A stretch of 64,000 nt of DNA from Octopus sinensis (lineage: Eukaryota): NCBI RefSeq assembly GCF_006345805.1, contig NC_043002.1:41478001-41542000 (forward strand). The letters are read 5' to 3'. The position numbers and the translations under genes were made by a program. The notes beneath the pieces were generated by a model, which was not told the DNA's origin, searched no databases, and worked only from the letters and a program-made list of their open reading frames with translations. Below, piece after piece: positions 37,379 to 49,371 of this stretch; position 1 is the first letter of the stretch; every line of letters begins with the position of its first letter.

Positions 37379-37839
37379 CTGTAAATCCTCGAGTATAATC
37401 CGCATTTTTTTCCCTAAAATTTAAAGGTCAAAACCCCTAGTGCGTACTATATACAAATTTGAAAATGAAAATTATTTTCTAAGCAATGTCCGCGTCTCTA
37501 TTTTCTGTCTGGCAATGTTTATTCAAATGCGTTTTGTGATGTCAGGCGCAAAAATACCTTGAATCATACATAACTTGCAATTAGCAACATTTATTAAACG
37601 TTATTACTGTTATTTCTTTATTTTCTGCAAACAAAATGCACAAAAAAGCTACACATTTGCATTATGCTATATATACAATAATAATAAAGGACGTTACCAT
37701 ATACACTTTTACAAACCAAGGACGCTATATAGACCTTGACTCAAGTTAGAGAAGGGGTGCGTATTATACGCAAGGTTTAGGTTTTTCAGAGGTACAGCCC
37801 CCTAAAAATCCCCTGCGTATTATACTCAAGGATTTACGG
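37379..37839. mobile_element. Tc1/mariner-superfamily (pogo/Tc2-like) MITE
   Basis: TA at 37377-37378 and 37840-37841; 26-bp TIRs CTGTAAATCCTCGAGTATAATCCGCA / CCGTAAATCCTTGAGTATAATACGCA (23/26). Confidence 0.85.
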
Positions 37840-38341
37840 TATTACATTTAGGACAGTATATTCAACGTATCCTTTCTTCTGAAATGCCCTTATTTGCTAG
37901 TCATCCATTGTTGTTTAGCTCAGGTCTACCTTAAACTTAGCAGGCTTATTATCAAAAGTGCTCCAGTTGGGCATGACAAAGCTATAATTTGGTATATCAC
38001 AGATTTCATTTGTTCAATGTGTCCTTTCTCTTGTTATTAAACCAACCATATCTGGCCCAAATATTCTACCTGTTATTGTTCAAAGTGGCCAGATCTAACC
38101 TCTCACACCTGCCCTAAATAGTAATTAATCATCTCATTTGAAATCTCAAAGCTACAAGAAAATGCATGATTAATTCAAAACTATGTAAATGAATATTACT
38201 TTTGAATACTAAAGAACTAAAGACAGAAAGGTGTGATTTGTGAGTTGTTTGGTTTGTATTTTTAATTGGTAGAGCAACTACATTATGGGCTTCATGTTGG
38301 TGGTACTTATAATACTAAAGTGAATAGTCTCTTCTCATATT

Positions 38342-38561
38342 TAGCGCTGTGGAGTTGAAACAAAAAACTTCGACTCTGACTCCTCTTTATGTAATTGATT
38401 GTGGTCTACATATCTCAAAGCATATGCATACGCTTGTACTTTGAGTAGGCCTTTATGTTATAACTGGTTTATATTAAAGAATAAAGATATTGTGAGTCGG
38501 AGTTGGTATAGTTTTACCGACTCCAACTATCCTTTAATTGTGTCTGACTCCACAACTCCTG
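38342..38561. mobile_element. hAT-type MITE
   Basis: Perfect 8-bp TSD CTCATATT (38334-38341 and 38562-38569); degenerate TIRs TAGCGCTGTGGAGT / CAGGAGTTGTGGAGT; subterminal GAGTCGGAG/CCGACTCC repeats. Confidence 0.8.
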
Positions 38562-39529
38562 CTCATATTACCTATTTGTTACAAAGGAAACTGAGCTGTT
38601 TAGAGATATCTTTGCAAAGAAGCACAGAACATTGTCTAAACAAAACTGACTCAATTGGCAAAAAAGAACTGCAGCACTGTGAGACTCAAGACTCCCTGAA
38701 GATCCATATGACTAAATTGTAGTTCTTAATTTCATAGTGATTGGAGAATCACAAATAGCTTTCCCTGCTGTTGGAATTGAGCTCAACACTACAAGCCATT
38801 AAAGTAATGTGCTGCCACTGCTTACAGCAATGAACTAATTGTTAGCCATTATATTGACTTGGCTGTCTAGCCACTGCTATTTCTTCTGTACACTTGTTGA
38901 AAAGTAACATGGTTTAAACTTTGGTGTATCCATTCTTCTATGTCTGTATGGGTTTTATAGCCAGATGCTCTTCCTGTTGACAATCTTTCTCATCACCTCA
39001 TATGAAACAGGGATATGGTATACCTACTCATTCTGAGCTGAAGAAATATACATGATTTATATATCTTAAGAGAATGAGAGACACACATAGAAAGCTGGTT
39101 GGTCTGATATGTTTCAATATTGAATTTTGCTTTTAAAATTACTCTCTCCAAGACATTGTCTAGAATTCTAGTCTCCATCAAGTCTCATTGAAAAGGAAAG
39201 AAAGAAAAAAAAAACCCTGTCATATAAACTTTTTTTAGGGCTGATTTTTGATATATAAAAGAACTACTATTTTGTGATAGGTATGTGTATATGAGCAGTG
39301 GCAATCAATTAACCTGTATGGTGGTTACTGTATTAGCTTTTCGAATTTATATGGTCTTCTGTTACTCTTTTCAGTCATTTGACTGTGGCCATGCTGGAGC
39401 ACCACCTTTAGTCGAGCAAATCGACCCCAGGACTTATTCTTTGTAAGCCTAGTACTTATTCTATCGGTCTCTTTTGCCAAACCGCTAAGTTACGGGGACG
39501 TGAACCCACCAGCATCAGTTGTCAAGTAA

Positions 39530-39561
<32 letters not shown>

Positions 39562-42500
39562 GATGGGCTTCTTTCAGTTTCCGTCTGCCAGATCCACTCA
39601 CAAGGCTTTGGTCGGCCCGAGGCTATAGTAGAAGACTCTTGCTAAAGGTGCCACGCAGTGGGACTGAACCCAGAACCATGTGGTTGGTAAGCAAGCTACT
39701 TACAACAGCTACTCCTGTTGTAAATTCATTCACATGCAGGCTGTTTTATAGAAACGTTAAACTTACTCCAGTAACTTGACTGGCGCCTTATTTTTAATAA
39801 CACCAAAATAATAAAAAGCATATTTGAAGTCAGTGGGTCTTGAACTTTAAGCGCGGAGATACGTAAGTACTACATGCAGCTTTGTCTGATGCTCTCACGC
39901 TTCTGCCAGTAACTAACTTTTAAATGCAATCATTTACTTCCACTACAAAACCTTACTACCATTTTATAAATTGCAGTTACTGTTGCACGGTAACTAACTT
40001 TTTACATGTAAAAAATAGCTTAAGGGTAAAAGTGTTGCAGGCGTTCGTATTTAACGCTCTTAGACGTTCACCTATTTTCTAGCAGTAAAACTGTGAGTGA
40101 CATTTACGCCTTAAAAAAAAGATAATTCTTTCACCTTTTTTTTTTTTAAAAAAAAAAACGGAAAACTACTTTCACTAGGTTTTTATAGAAAAAAAAAATG
40201 CTTTCGGTGTTTAAGCAAATTGAAACGAAATGAAAACAATGAAGAAACAAAAAAATAAAACTTTCACTGAACATATCAGAAATATTAAAAGCTTTTAATT
40301 TTTTTTTAAATAGACGTACGTCTTTCGTTTTGCACTATAGGTGAAGAACGTTCGATAGCGAACATCTACGGCAGTTCTGCTGTTCGATACAAAACTATTT
40401 AGTGAGGTTCATAAGTTCAGTATCCTTAAAAAGAAACGAAAATGAAACTAAATTTCGCGGGAAGTGAAATTCCATGAAACCATTTTATAAAATAACAGGT
40501 CTTCTCGCTTTTACGGTTCTAAATTCAGTCACAAAATGTGACTGTCCTAAACTGTTTTACGAAAACTAAAATTCAAATAGTTTCTAAGAGTAAAGCGGAC
40601 TTCATGAAACATAGCTCATCATTAAGCAAATTGCACTACCAAAAGAAGAAAAAAACCCCCAAAACTTAAGGTAATTTTTTGTTAGGCATGCTATTCAGAA
40701 AACCATACGGGTCGCAGTTTGCCCCTGACTGCTACAAAGCATTCGCAACCCTTTCTCTTCCCAATCAAATGGATGTCGCAAGTCTTACCAAAATACGGAG
40801 ATTATGATTCTAAAAAAAATTTGCAAAACTTTTTGTAGTTAGGGTTAGGGAAAAAAGTCAAAAATGAAGAAATTGGGGAGGGGCCGAAATTTCAAAACGC
40901 CGATTTTTGGCAATTTTCCGGAATCTCCGTATCCGAAAACGGGAGTTTTTTTGCAAAAAAAAAAAAAAAAAAGGATGGAAATGGGGTGGAGTGACGAGAG
41001 GAAGTCTTTCCCTGTGGTGAATTAACCTTCCAACACAACACCCTATTTGAGAGCACGTACTAAATCAAAAACTGTTGAAACTTTTCAGCGTAAAGCGGCA
41101 GCGATATGCATCCAGTGATCTCGTTTGTGTCGACAATAGTAATTTTGGTACGTGGACGTTCAACCATGAGTTTGATAAATTTAACGGTATAATGACATTT
41201 CAAACAGATAATTTAGGACTCTGAAAGCGAGAAGATCCTCTATTTTATATAATATGAAAACAGTCAGTGTACAGAACGTATTGAAGGTAGAGGTAAAATG
41301 CAATTTTTTCAGGGGTGAGGGGAGAACAAATCGCACATGTATTAAAAACCTTATGAACATCATCATTCTCCATTTTTTTTGTCCAAAACTCACTAGTCGT
41401 GGAGGATTATCTCGATAATGTAACCGTGTTGGTTATTACGCGTTTGAGATGCAAGCCACAGAATTGCCTTTTGGATGCTGTTCGTCGTTGAGTGTAATCC
41501 GTTCGAGTAATTTACTTCAACTGCCATTTAAAAAATGCTTAAGATCTCGCTAGAAGATACGCTACAACTAGGCACTTGTGGACTCGACATAATCATGGAG
41601 TTTTATTAATGGAATGAGAGATTTCACTGTCGTCGATTCTGGGGCAATTTAGTCTCTCCTTTTTAGGAGATTAACCTTTGAATGTTGCTAGAAGAATCTG
41701 ACATTTTGGTGTTGATGCATCGTTTGAAATAAAGAACGAAAAGTCAGTTCCGAAACGCCAAACTCTTCATCTCCTCATTGCAAACTTATCCAAGCTCAAA
41801 AACTTTTACATGTACATATTATTTGAACTAGGATGATAAAGCGAATATAGTATTAAACGATCAGATCTTAAGTATTGGTTGCAAACCCACTGAAAGTATT
41901 TTGTTGTAATTTGGAACATTTACCCCTAATTTTATATGCCTCAGTTCACCTAACTGGCTCGAATGGTTACTAGGTCTTTTGGGAATGTAATTTGAGATTA
42001 GACTTATCATTCATGTGTTTACGGTACGAAGCCGGAGTTAAAACACCGGAGGCATTTACGAGCTTTTAGAATCTCTGGAGTATTCACATGTATATTTATA
42101 TTACATACATGTGTATACTGGTTTTATATTTACTTAAAGTGACTTTGTTTTGACCAGGTGTTCAAACATCTCATGGCTCGAGCGCCTGTGTATAATTAAT
42201 ACATACGGAGGAGGTCTTTTGTGCTGCACTTAAAAATTTTAATTTCGAAATTGTTTGCATTCATTCACACGATGCTTGGAAAATGTTAACATATGCAGAA
42301 TATTGGACATTAGTGAAGTAACATTTCTAAATATTAAAATCAGTGTCTATATGGTGACTTTGCACTTGTGAATTTATCTGTTAAACACATAAACCTCAGC
42401 CATCAGAGATGATATTGACTTTTTTGATGTTCATTTAATCTCGGTCTCGTGTTGCATGACTTTGGTGTACTTATCTAAATGGGTTTGCTTGAATTTCTAT

Positions 42501-42926
42501 ATTCTATTTCTTTTTCTTTCACTTGTTTGTGTGTGAGAGTGTGATAGAGTATTGGATAAATACATTCGTTCAGATCTGATTTCATTTGTGAGTAAGCATA
42601 TTTATGTCCTACCTGTCCATTAGTAAGAAAAGACCGATTTTGCTTTCTTTTTCGCAGATAAAGCAAACAAAAAACAAAAAAAAAAGAGAGAGAGAAATAT
42701 TGTAATGTTAGAAACCAGTATTATCAAACTGCTTGTAGATACGAAGATTTTATACTCTGAGTTCAAATCCAACCACAGTCTTTCATATTTCCGGCATCGA
42801 TAAATATACTGCTATGTAAAAATACTGGAATCGATTTAATCGGCTATACACTCGCTCAGAATTTGAAGCCTCGTGGTAATGTTAGAAATCAGCATAAAAT
42901 TTTATCTAACCATTATTTTCTTGAGT

Positions 42927-43500
42927 GAGGGCAACGAGATGGCAAGATCGTTAGAACGTCAGAATGAATTACCTGGTGGTGTTTCTCCCAGCTCTTTATG
43001 CTCTGGGATTTATTCCACCGAGGTTGACTTTTCCTTTCATTCTTTCGGGGTCGATGAAATAAAGAACCTGCCAAGTAATGGGATCGATGATAGACCAGCC
43101 CCTTGCCTCTAAATTTCAGGCCTGGTGACTAAAGTAGAAAGGATTATTATTTTGAGTAAAGGTAGCGCGATGATAGGATCGTTAGAACGTCAAAAGTAAT
43201 GTCTTGGGTTATTTCTCCCAGCTGTTTATGTCCTGGGTTTTATTTTACCGAGATCACCTTCACCTTTTCTTCCTTTCAGGATCGTTGAAATAAAGTACCA
43301 CTCAAGTACTAGGTCGATCTTATCGACAAAGTCCTTCTCTTAAAACTTGCTGAATTTGTGCCTAAATCAGAAACGATGGTTATTTTCTTGAGTTCCAGAG
43401 TCGACAAAATAAGCATCACTCAAATACTGAGGTGAAATTATTTTACTATTGACTGTTTCCCATCATCAAATTTGTAGCTTTGTACCCAGGCTACAAATTG
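42927..43500 (+). mobile_element. Old tandem array of SINE A copies (about 233-bp period)
   Basis: Heads at about 42927 and 43160 plus a partial third; the spacer TTATTTT(C)TTGAGT recurs at about 42913, 43147 and 43380. Confidence 0.75.
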
Positions 43501-43858
43501 TAAAATATAACATTTAAAAAAAAAAATCTTTATAAGATATCTCTTCCGGACTGCGTAAGTGGGGTGGATGAATGCTTTTGCTTTTCAGCCTTTCGATGTC
43601 AAATATTATGGACTTCTCTAACCGCAAGTTGTGGCCTTGTCGCGAATGCTGTGGTTAAGAAGTAACAACAAAATAGGTTTATGTTTGAAAAATATATAAA
43701 CTCTTACTTACTACAAAGTTTTTTAGCTGTAAATTCAGTCTACGAATGTATCTAGCCGTCTCGTATTGATTGAATGCAACTAGACTAAAATGCTGAAGTC
43801 ATTGTGACAAGGATTCGGGTATCTTTTTTCACTCTTACAGTATTACTCTGCGAATATA

Positions 43859-44049
43859 CAGTAAATCCCTCGTCATATCGATATTCACTTATCGCGGATT
43901 TTTCTGGCTAATATATGTAAATTTATATCGCGGACTCCTCAGTATATCACGGGTGTCTGCGGCCAATAGGTATTTATATTTTTTTATATTTTAATTATTT
44001 ATGTGGGAAGTTTTAGAACGTAACACCCGCGATAGTCGAGGGATTACTG
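43859..44049. mobile_element. Tigger/pogo-like MITE
   Basis: TA at 43857-43858 and 44050-44051; TIRs CAGTAA(A)TCCCTCG with internal TATCGCGG subterminal motifs. Confidence 0.75.
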
Positions 44050-44151
44050 TATATGTATATATATTTATGGATTTTTATATATACTCAATGCGTTATGTAT
44101 CGTATGGTTTCACATGGGAAAATAATTAAATACTCAACCAAATATACTGCA

Positions 44152-44193
<42 letters not shown>

Positions 44194-44505
44194 GTACGCA
44201 CACGTACATATAGATATGAATATATGTGTGTTGTGTTAAATTTCTCCTCTTCCTTGCAGCAAAATAATTTATTCCACTTTGCTGACTTTTTGTTACATTT
44301 TTGCCGACTCCAGTCCATTACTAGTTTCCTCTAATTCTACTTTTGATCTAAATCTTTATGTGGGTTGTGTACATGATGTTTTGAGCAACTAAACTACCCA
44401 CGAGATCCATGCTGTGGATTTATGGGTAGCTAATTATAACGTACGCACACATATATATATATACATAGAATTTAGTTATTGTAAAGACACCTCTGCACAT
44501 ACGCA

Positions 44506-44835
44506 GTGAGGGCGCGTGGCTTAGTGGTTAGGGCATTCGGCTCATGATCGTAAGGTTGTGAGTTCGATTCCCGGCGACGCGTTGTGTCCTTGAGCAAGAC
44601 ACTTTATTTCACGTTGATCCAGTCCACTCAGCTGGCAAAAATGGGTTGTACTTGTATTTCAAAGGGTCAGCCTTGTCACTCTCTGTGTCACGCTGATTAT
44701 CCCCGAGAACTACGTTAAGGATACACGTGTCTGTGGAATGCTCAGCCATTTGCACGTTAATTTCACGAGCAAGCTGTTCCGTTGATTCGGATCAACCGGA
44801 ACCCTCGTCGTCGTAACCGGCGGAGTCTTTTAAGA
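44506..44835 (+). mobile_element. tRNA-derived SINE C, tail type II
   Basis: A box TGGCTTAGTGG, B box GAGTTCGATTCC, shared C core; 12-bp TSD TGCACATACGCA at 44494-44505 and 44836-44847. Confidence 0.9.
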
Positions 44836-45208
44836 TGCACATACGCATACATTCTATTCATACACACATTTTAGAAAACATGACATTAAATTTTTTTAAA
44901 AACCCCAGACTATTTCATTCAGTTTATATTATTTCAATTTGAGATTCTACGATATCTCTGTAACCTTACCCTACCCGCACTCACTAACAGTTTCCTCTTT
45001 AAACAAATTTCAAACTGAAATAAAATTGAATACAAAAAAAGAAAAAGTTTGAAAAATAACAAATCTGAATTCTCATCTTTGATTCACTTACTACTGCTAT
45101 GCAATTTACAAAAAATAACCCACTGATATTTGGCCAGGGTGGGTTTCTTTTCTTTTTTTTTTTAAGCTCTTCGTCACCACAGCACAACTGTGCTATATTA
45201 GTTATTCG

Positions 45209-45624
45209 GGATCTTTTCGGTTTGAACGGCAGTTTTTCTAGTGGTGTCGTATGCAATTGTCACCCATAATTATGACCCTAGTATCGATCTATTGCATTTC
45301 AATCTGTTTTAGGGTTAGGGGTTGGGGGAAGGGTATCTTTTTTTTCTTCAGAAATGTAAATAAACCCAATCTGTTTCTTAAACGAGGGACATATTTATTC
45401 ATACGGCACAATGTTTTCACCTCAATAGACGTCAATGATTGGTTGAAATTGCAGAAATTGAAGAAAAAAAACAACAACAAATATCTTACAAACTATAGAA
45501 TTTTCTCAATAAAGCCAAGAGAAAAAGATGTTTTATAAACACATTCTACCAGTATACGAAGTTTAAAAGTGTTTAGTTACGTGGAAATTATTAAAAAAAA
45601 CTGCCGTTCAAACCGAAAAGATCC
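45209..45624 (+). mobile_element. Merlin-like MITE, copy 1
   Basis: TIR GGATCTTTTCGGTTTGAACGGCAGTTTTT at both ends; perfect 8-bp TSD GTTATTCG (45201-45208 and 45625-45632). GG termini with an 8-bp TSD fit the Merlin superfamily (inference). Confidence 0.85.
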
Positions 45625-45672
45625 GTTATTCGTCTAAATTAATCCGGAATCTTTTCTTTGGTTGCGATTTAA

Positions 45673-45900
45673 TCCTTTGCCCATCCCATGTATCACATGG
45701 AATATACAGGGCACACTACCCTGGTGTTCATGCATCGTTTATGATACACAGTTCTATTTTTTTTTCCGACCAGTAAGAGTAATTTGAGACTTGTGAAAGG
45801 AAACCTTTATATTATTCAGAACGTATGACACAAGAGCTTTGCTAAAAGCCAGAAAACAAGCATGGACGTTTAGGACAAATGATTAGGACAGATAAAGGTG
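45673..45900. mobile_element. TTAA-flanked MITE family X; further copies at 52108-52286 (opposite strand) and about 52690-53330 (interrupted)
   Basis: TTAA at 45669-45672 and 45901-45904; the segment GAAAACAAGCATGGACG and TGTATCA..TGATACA palindromic motifs are shared among copies. Confidence 0.65.
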
Positions 45901-46128
45901 TTAACAATATTCCCATTTCCCAAATCTGAACCCCTGTCCCATTTTTGTTCAGGACGTTCTTTCTGAGTGACTCAGGCATTGCAGAGACCCGACAGTTTGT
46001 TTGTGAAAATAACCTACGCAGGAGCGTTTAAGCTATAAGAACACTGGGTTGAAACCATCAGAGATATGCTAGCATGATTTGATCGCAACAACTCCACCTA
46101 TACGTGATATGAATTTGATTCAGTTACA

Positions 46129-46525
46129 ATCTTTTCGGTTTGAACGGCAGTTTTTTTAAATAATTTCCACGTAACTAAACACTTTTAAACTTCGTATACT
46201 GGTAGAATGTGTTTATAAGACATCTTTTTCTTTGGCTTTATTGAGAAAATTCTATAGTTTGTAAGATATTTGTTGTCTTTTTTCTTCAATTTCAACCAAC
46301 CAGTGACGTCTATTGAGTTAAAAAGCATTCTGTGCCGTATATGTCTCCCTCGTTTAAGAAACAGATTGGGTTTATTTACATTTGTGAAGAAAAAAAGATA
46401 CCCTTCCTTACCTCTAACCCTAAAAGAGATTGAAATGCAATAGATCGATTTTAGGGTCATAATTATGGGTGACAATTTCATATGACAACGCTAGAAAAAA
46501 ACTGCCGTTCAAACCGAAAAGATCC
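46129..46525 (-). mobile_element. Merlin-like MITE, copy 2 (left TIR lacks the terminal GG)
   Basis: Reverse-complement match to 45209-45624; flanked by a 59-bp direct repeat rather than an 8-bp TSD. Confidence 0.85.
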
Positions 46526-46714
46526 GCATGATCTGATCGCAACAACTACATCTATACGTGATATGAATTTGATTCAGTTACAATTGTACCATGGATCCGT
46601 GATGGTTCTCGCTCAGTTCTTAAAACAAATGGATTTACCTGCTCATTGAATTACCGTGTAAGCGGCTGAACATTTGACAGGACAATTATTTGAACTTTTT
46701 AATTACCAGTACGC

Positions 46715-46835
46715 GTCTACCCAATTTCTCTCATCAGATGTGGGGTGACCCGAGACAATGGAAAAATGACAGTTGTTCAAAATCATACACAGTGGTTTCG
46801 AACCTAAGAACTCAAATTTAACCATTCGGCCATCA
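46715..46835 (-). mobile_element. Degenerate tRNA-derived SINE of another family
   Basis: Reverse complement reads ATGGCCGAATGGTTAA...GGTTCGAAACC (A/B boxes), followed by unique-looking body sequence. Confidence 0.45.
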
Positions 46836-47420
46836 CATACACACACACACATAACCTTTAAATTATAGGCATAAGGCTTGAAATTTTGTGGGAGAGAGCT
46901 AGTCTATTACTTTGACCCTAGTGTTCAATTGGTATTATATCTCATTGGTCCTGAAAGATGAAAGGAAAAGTCAACCTCGGCGGCATTTGAACTCAGACGG
47001 TAAAGATTAACAAAATGCTTCCGCTAAACATTTTGTCCAGTGTGCTAACAATTCTGCCTTTCACACACATAAGAAGAAATGCTTCGATTTGCTCCTAAAC
47101 AACCTATCAATCATTGGTTAACCAAGAGAGAGTCGATGACTAATTCTCTGACACTGTATCATAAGGGGAACCTAGGTAAACAGTATAATTTTCAAAAATC
47201 TAATTTAATACTTTAGAAAATTAATATTAATGCTTGGGTTTCTTGAAGAAACCTGTCATTCCTTATTTTTGTTTATTAAAGGTAAGCAGTGGGGTTTCTG
47301 AAGCCCTTATGCGAATTGCGCTAGCAATAAAAAAAAAATTTAATCTCTAGTTTTGAACACTTCTATGCAGTCGCTCGACCTGCTACCATTAGTAGCTAAA
47401 TGATTCACTAATATCACCTT

Positions 47421-47646
47421 GGTGAGCTGGCAGAAACGTTAGCACGCCGGGCGAAATGCGTAGACGTAATTCGTCTGCCGCTACATTCTGAGTTCAAATT
47501 CCGCCGAGGTCGATTTTGCCTTTCATCCTTTCGGGGTCGATTAAATAAGTACCAGTAAATCACTGGGGTCGATATATTCGACTTAATCCCCTTGTCTGTC
47601 CTTGTTTGTCCCCTCTGTTAAGCCCCCTGTGGGCGATAAAGAAATA
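47421..47646 (+). mobile_element. SINE A, tail type 2, young
   Basis: 11-bp TSD AATATCACCTT at 47410-47420 and 47647-47657. Confidence 0.9.
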
Positions 47647-49120
47647 AATATCACCTTAGTATCCTTTCTATTCAAAGAAAAGAAGAAAAAAAAAGAAGGA
47701 TGTTTGGATAATGTAATGTCAGCTACACCAGATCTGAAAAGAGAAAAGCATTAATTCGCTAGCAACGAAGTCTGCTTGATCAACATCAACCAGACATAGC
47801 TAAGTAGACGTACGATCAGATACCGAAATAATGTATCTTTTTGTTCACAATGTATCTTTATTGATAAAATTGGTGTGCTGTGAGGTAAAAATATTATTCA
47901 CAGTTACTGCTTATTGGGCGTTTTGTTTTTCTTTCTTTTTCATCTTCTATCATCATTGTCGTCGCCTATTTATTTTAAGCCGGCAGTCTAACGCAGCAAC
48001 ATCAATGTAATGGGGGAAACTATAGAGAAGCCTAGAAATATGGATGATATATACAAACCAATTTTGTCTTCGTCCTTCGCATACTTGGTTTTTTTTTTTT
48101 TTTGGACTATATTTTAAATGTAATTATTTGGATAATAGTTTTATTTTTTTATCGTGGACTGCGACCATGTTGGGGCACTGACTGCCTTGAAGTCGAATAA
48201 ATCGACCCCCGGATTTATTTCTATCGGTTTCTTTTGTCAAACTGTTGGGTTACAGGGTCGTAAACATACCAAAAACCGGTCGTCAAGCGATGGTGGGTGA
48301 CTAACATAGACACAAAGATACCCCCCATACACATACATACACGCTGGGCTTCTTTCAGTTTCCCTCTACCAAATCCACTCACAATGCTTTGGTCGGCCCG
48401 AGGCTATAGTAGAAGACACTTGCCCAAGGTACCACGCAGTGGGACTGAACCCGTAATCATGTTGTTGAGAAGCAAGCTTCTTACCACTCACCCACGTCTG
48501 CGCACGTCTTGATATTCTATTGCTTCAGTCATTTGACTGCGGCCATGCTGGAGCACCGCCTTGAATATTAAAAAAAATGATTCATCCTGTATTTCTTAAA
48601 AAAAGTTGTTTACTCGTCGAATGTTTGCCTAACTCACTCAAAGTAAGTCAAAGCCTCGAAGTAAGCTTCACAATATATAAAAAAAAAAGTGTCATTATTT
48701 TCTTGGGTTTCCAAAATATTTCCGCTGGTTTTTGTTGTCGTTTCCATGCCATCATATTCGATTTCTATCGAATTCAAAGTTTTTATCTTAATTGTAACAA
48801 CTCCAGTGTAGCATTTCTAATATTAAGCTGCTGTGTCTCTGATATGAAGATAGAAAATATTCTAATTACTTTTCTGCATTTTACTGTGTTTTGTGGTTTA
48901 TCACACACACACATACAAAACCTTCTCGCCGCTCTACATGCTAGGAGTAGCAGTCAAATCCCTTTAAAATCATTTTATATAATTTATTCTTAAGTACACT
49001 ATACCGAGGAAAAGACGTGATGATCACAACTGGAATATCTTTTTTTTGGTCATAAGTCTGCTCGATCAGGGCTGATTTGAGGCCACACTCAACACGGAAA
49101 TAGGATAAATGTTGACTATA

Positions 49121-49371
49121 CATCTATCCTCGTTTATCGCGGATACATTCATCACTGATTCAAGACAACACGTTACAATAATTGTGAACCGTGTTGCGCT
49201 TATCGCGAATTGATCTGTGATAACACGGATCGTCGGTTAAAGATTCTACAATGCTCAGTAAAACTTGGGTGTCTCGGAACTAACTTATTGTCTCCCATTA
49301 TTCATTTACCACTTATACATTTAACACGGTAGTTTTTAGAACTAAACACCCACGTTAAACGAGGATAGATG
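49121..49371. mobile_element. Tigger/pogo-like MITE
   Basis: Perfect 16-bp TIR CATCTATCCTCGTTTA (49121-49136 / 49356-49371); TA on the left, TG on the right. Confidence 0.8.

Noticed and set aside
44394-44429. Small hairpin, possible pre-miRNA
   Set aside because: The stem is only about 15 bp, too short, and I recognise no mature miRNA sequence.
44506-44590. tRNA genes (also at 16464 and 29460, and the heads of SINE A and B)
   Set aside because: A and B boxes are present, but the sequence runs into SINE core and tail, is TSD-flanked, and lacks a proper acceptor stem.
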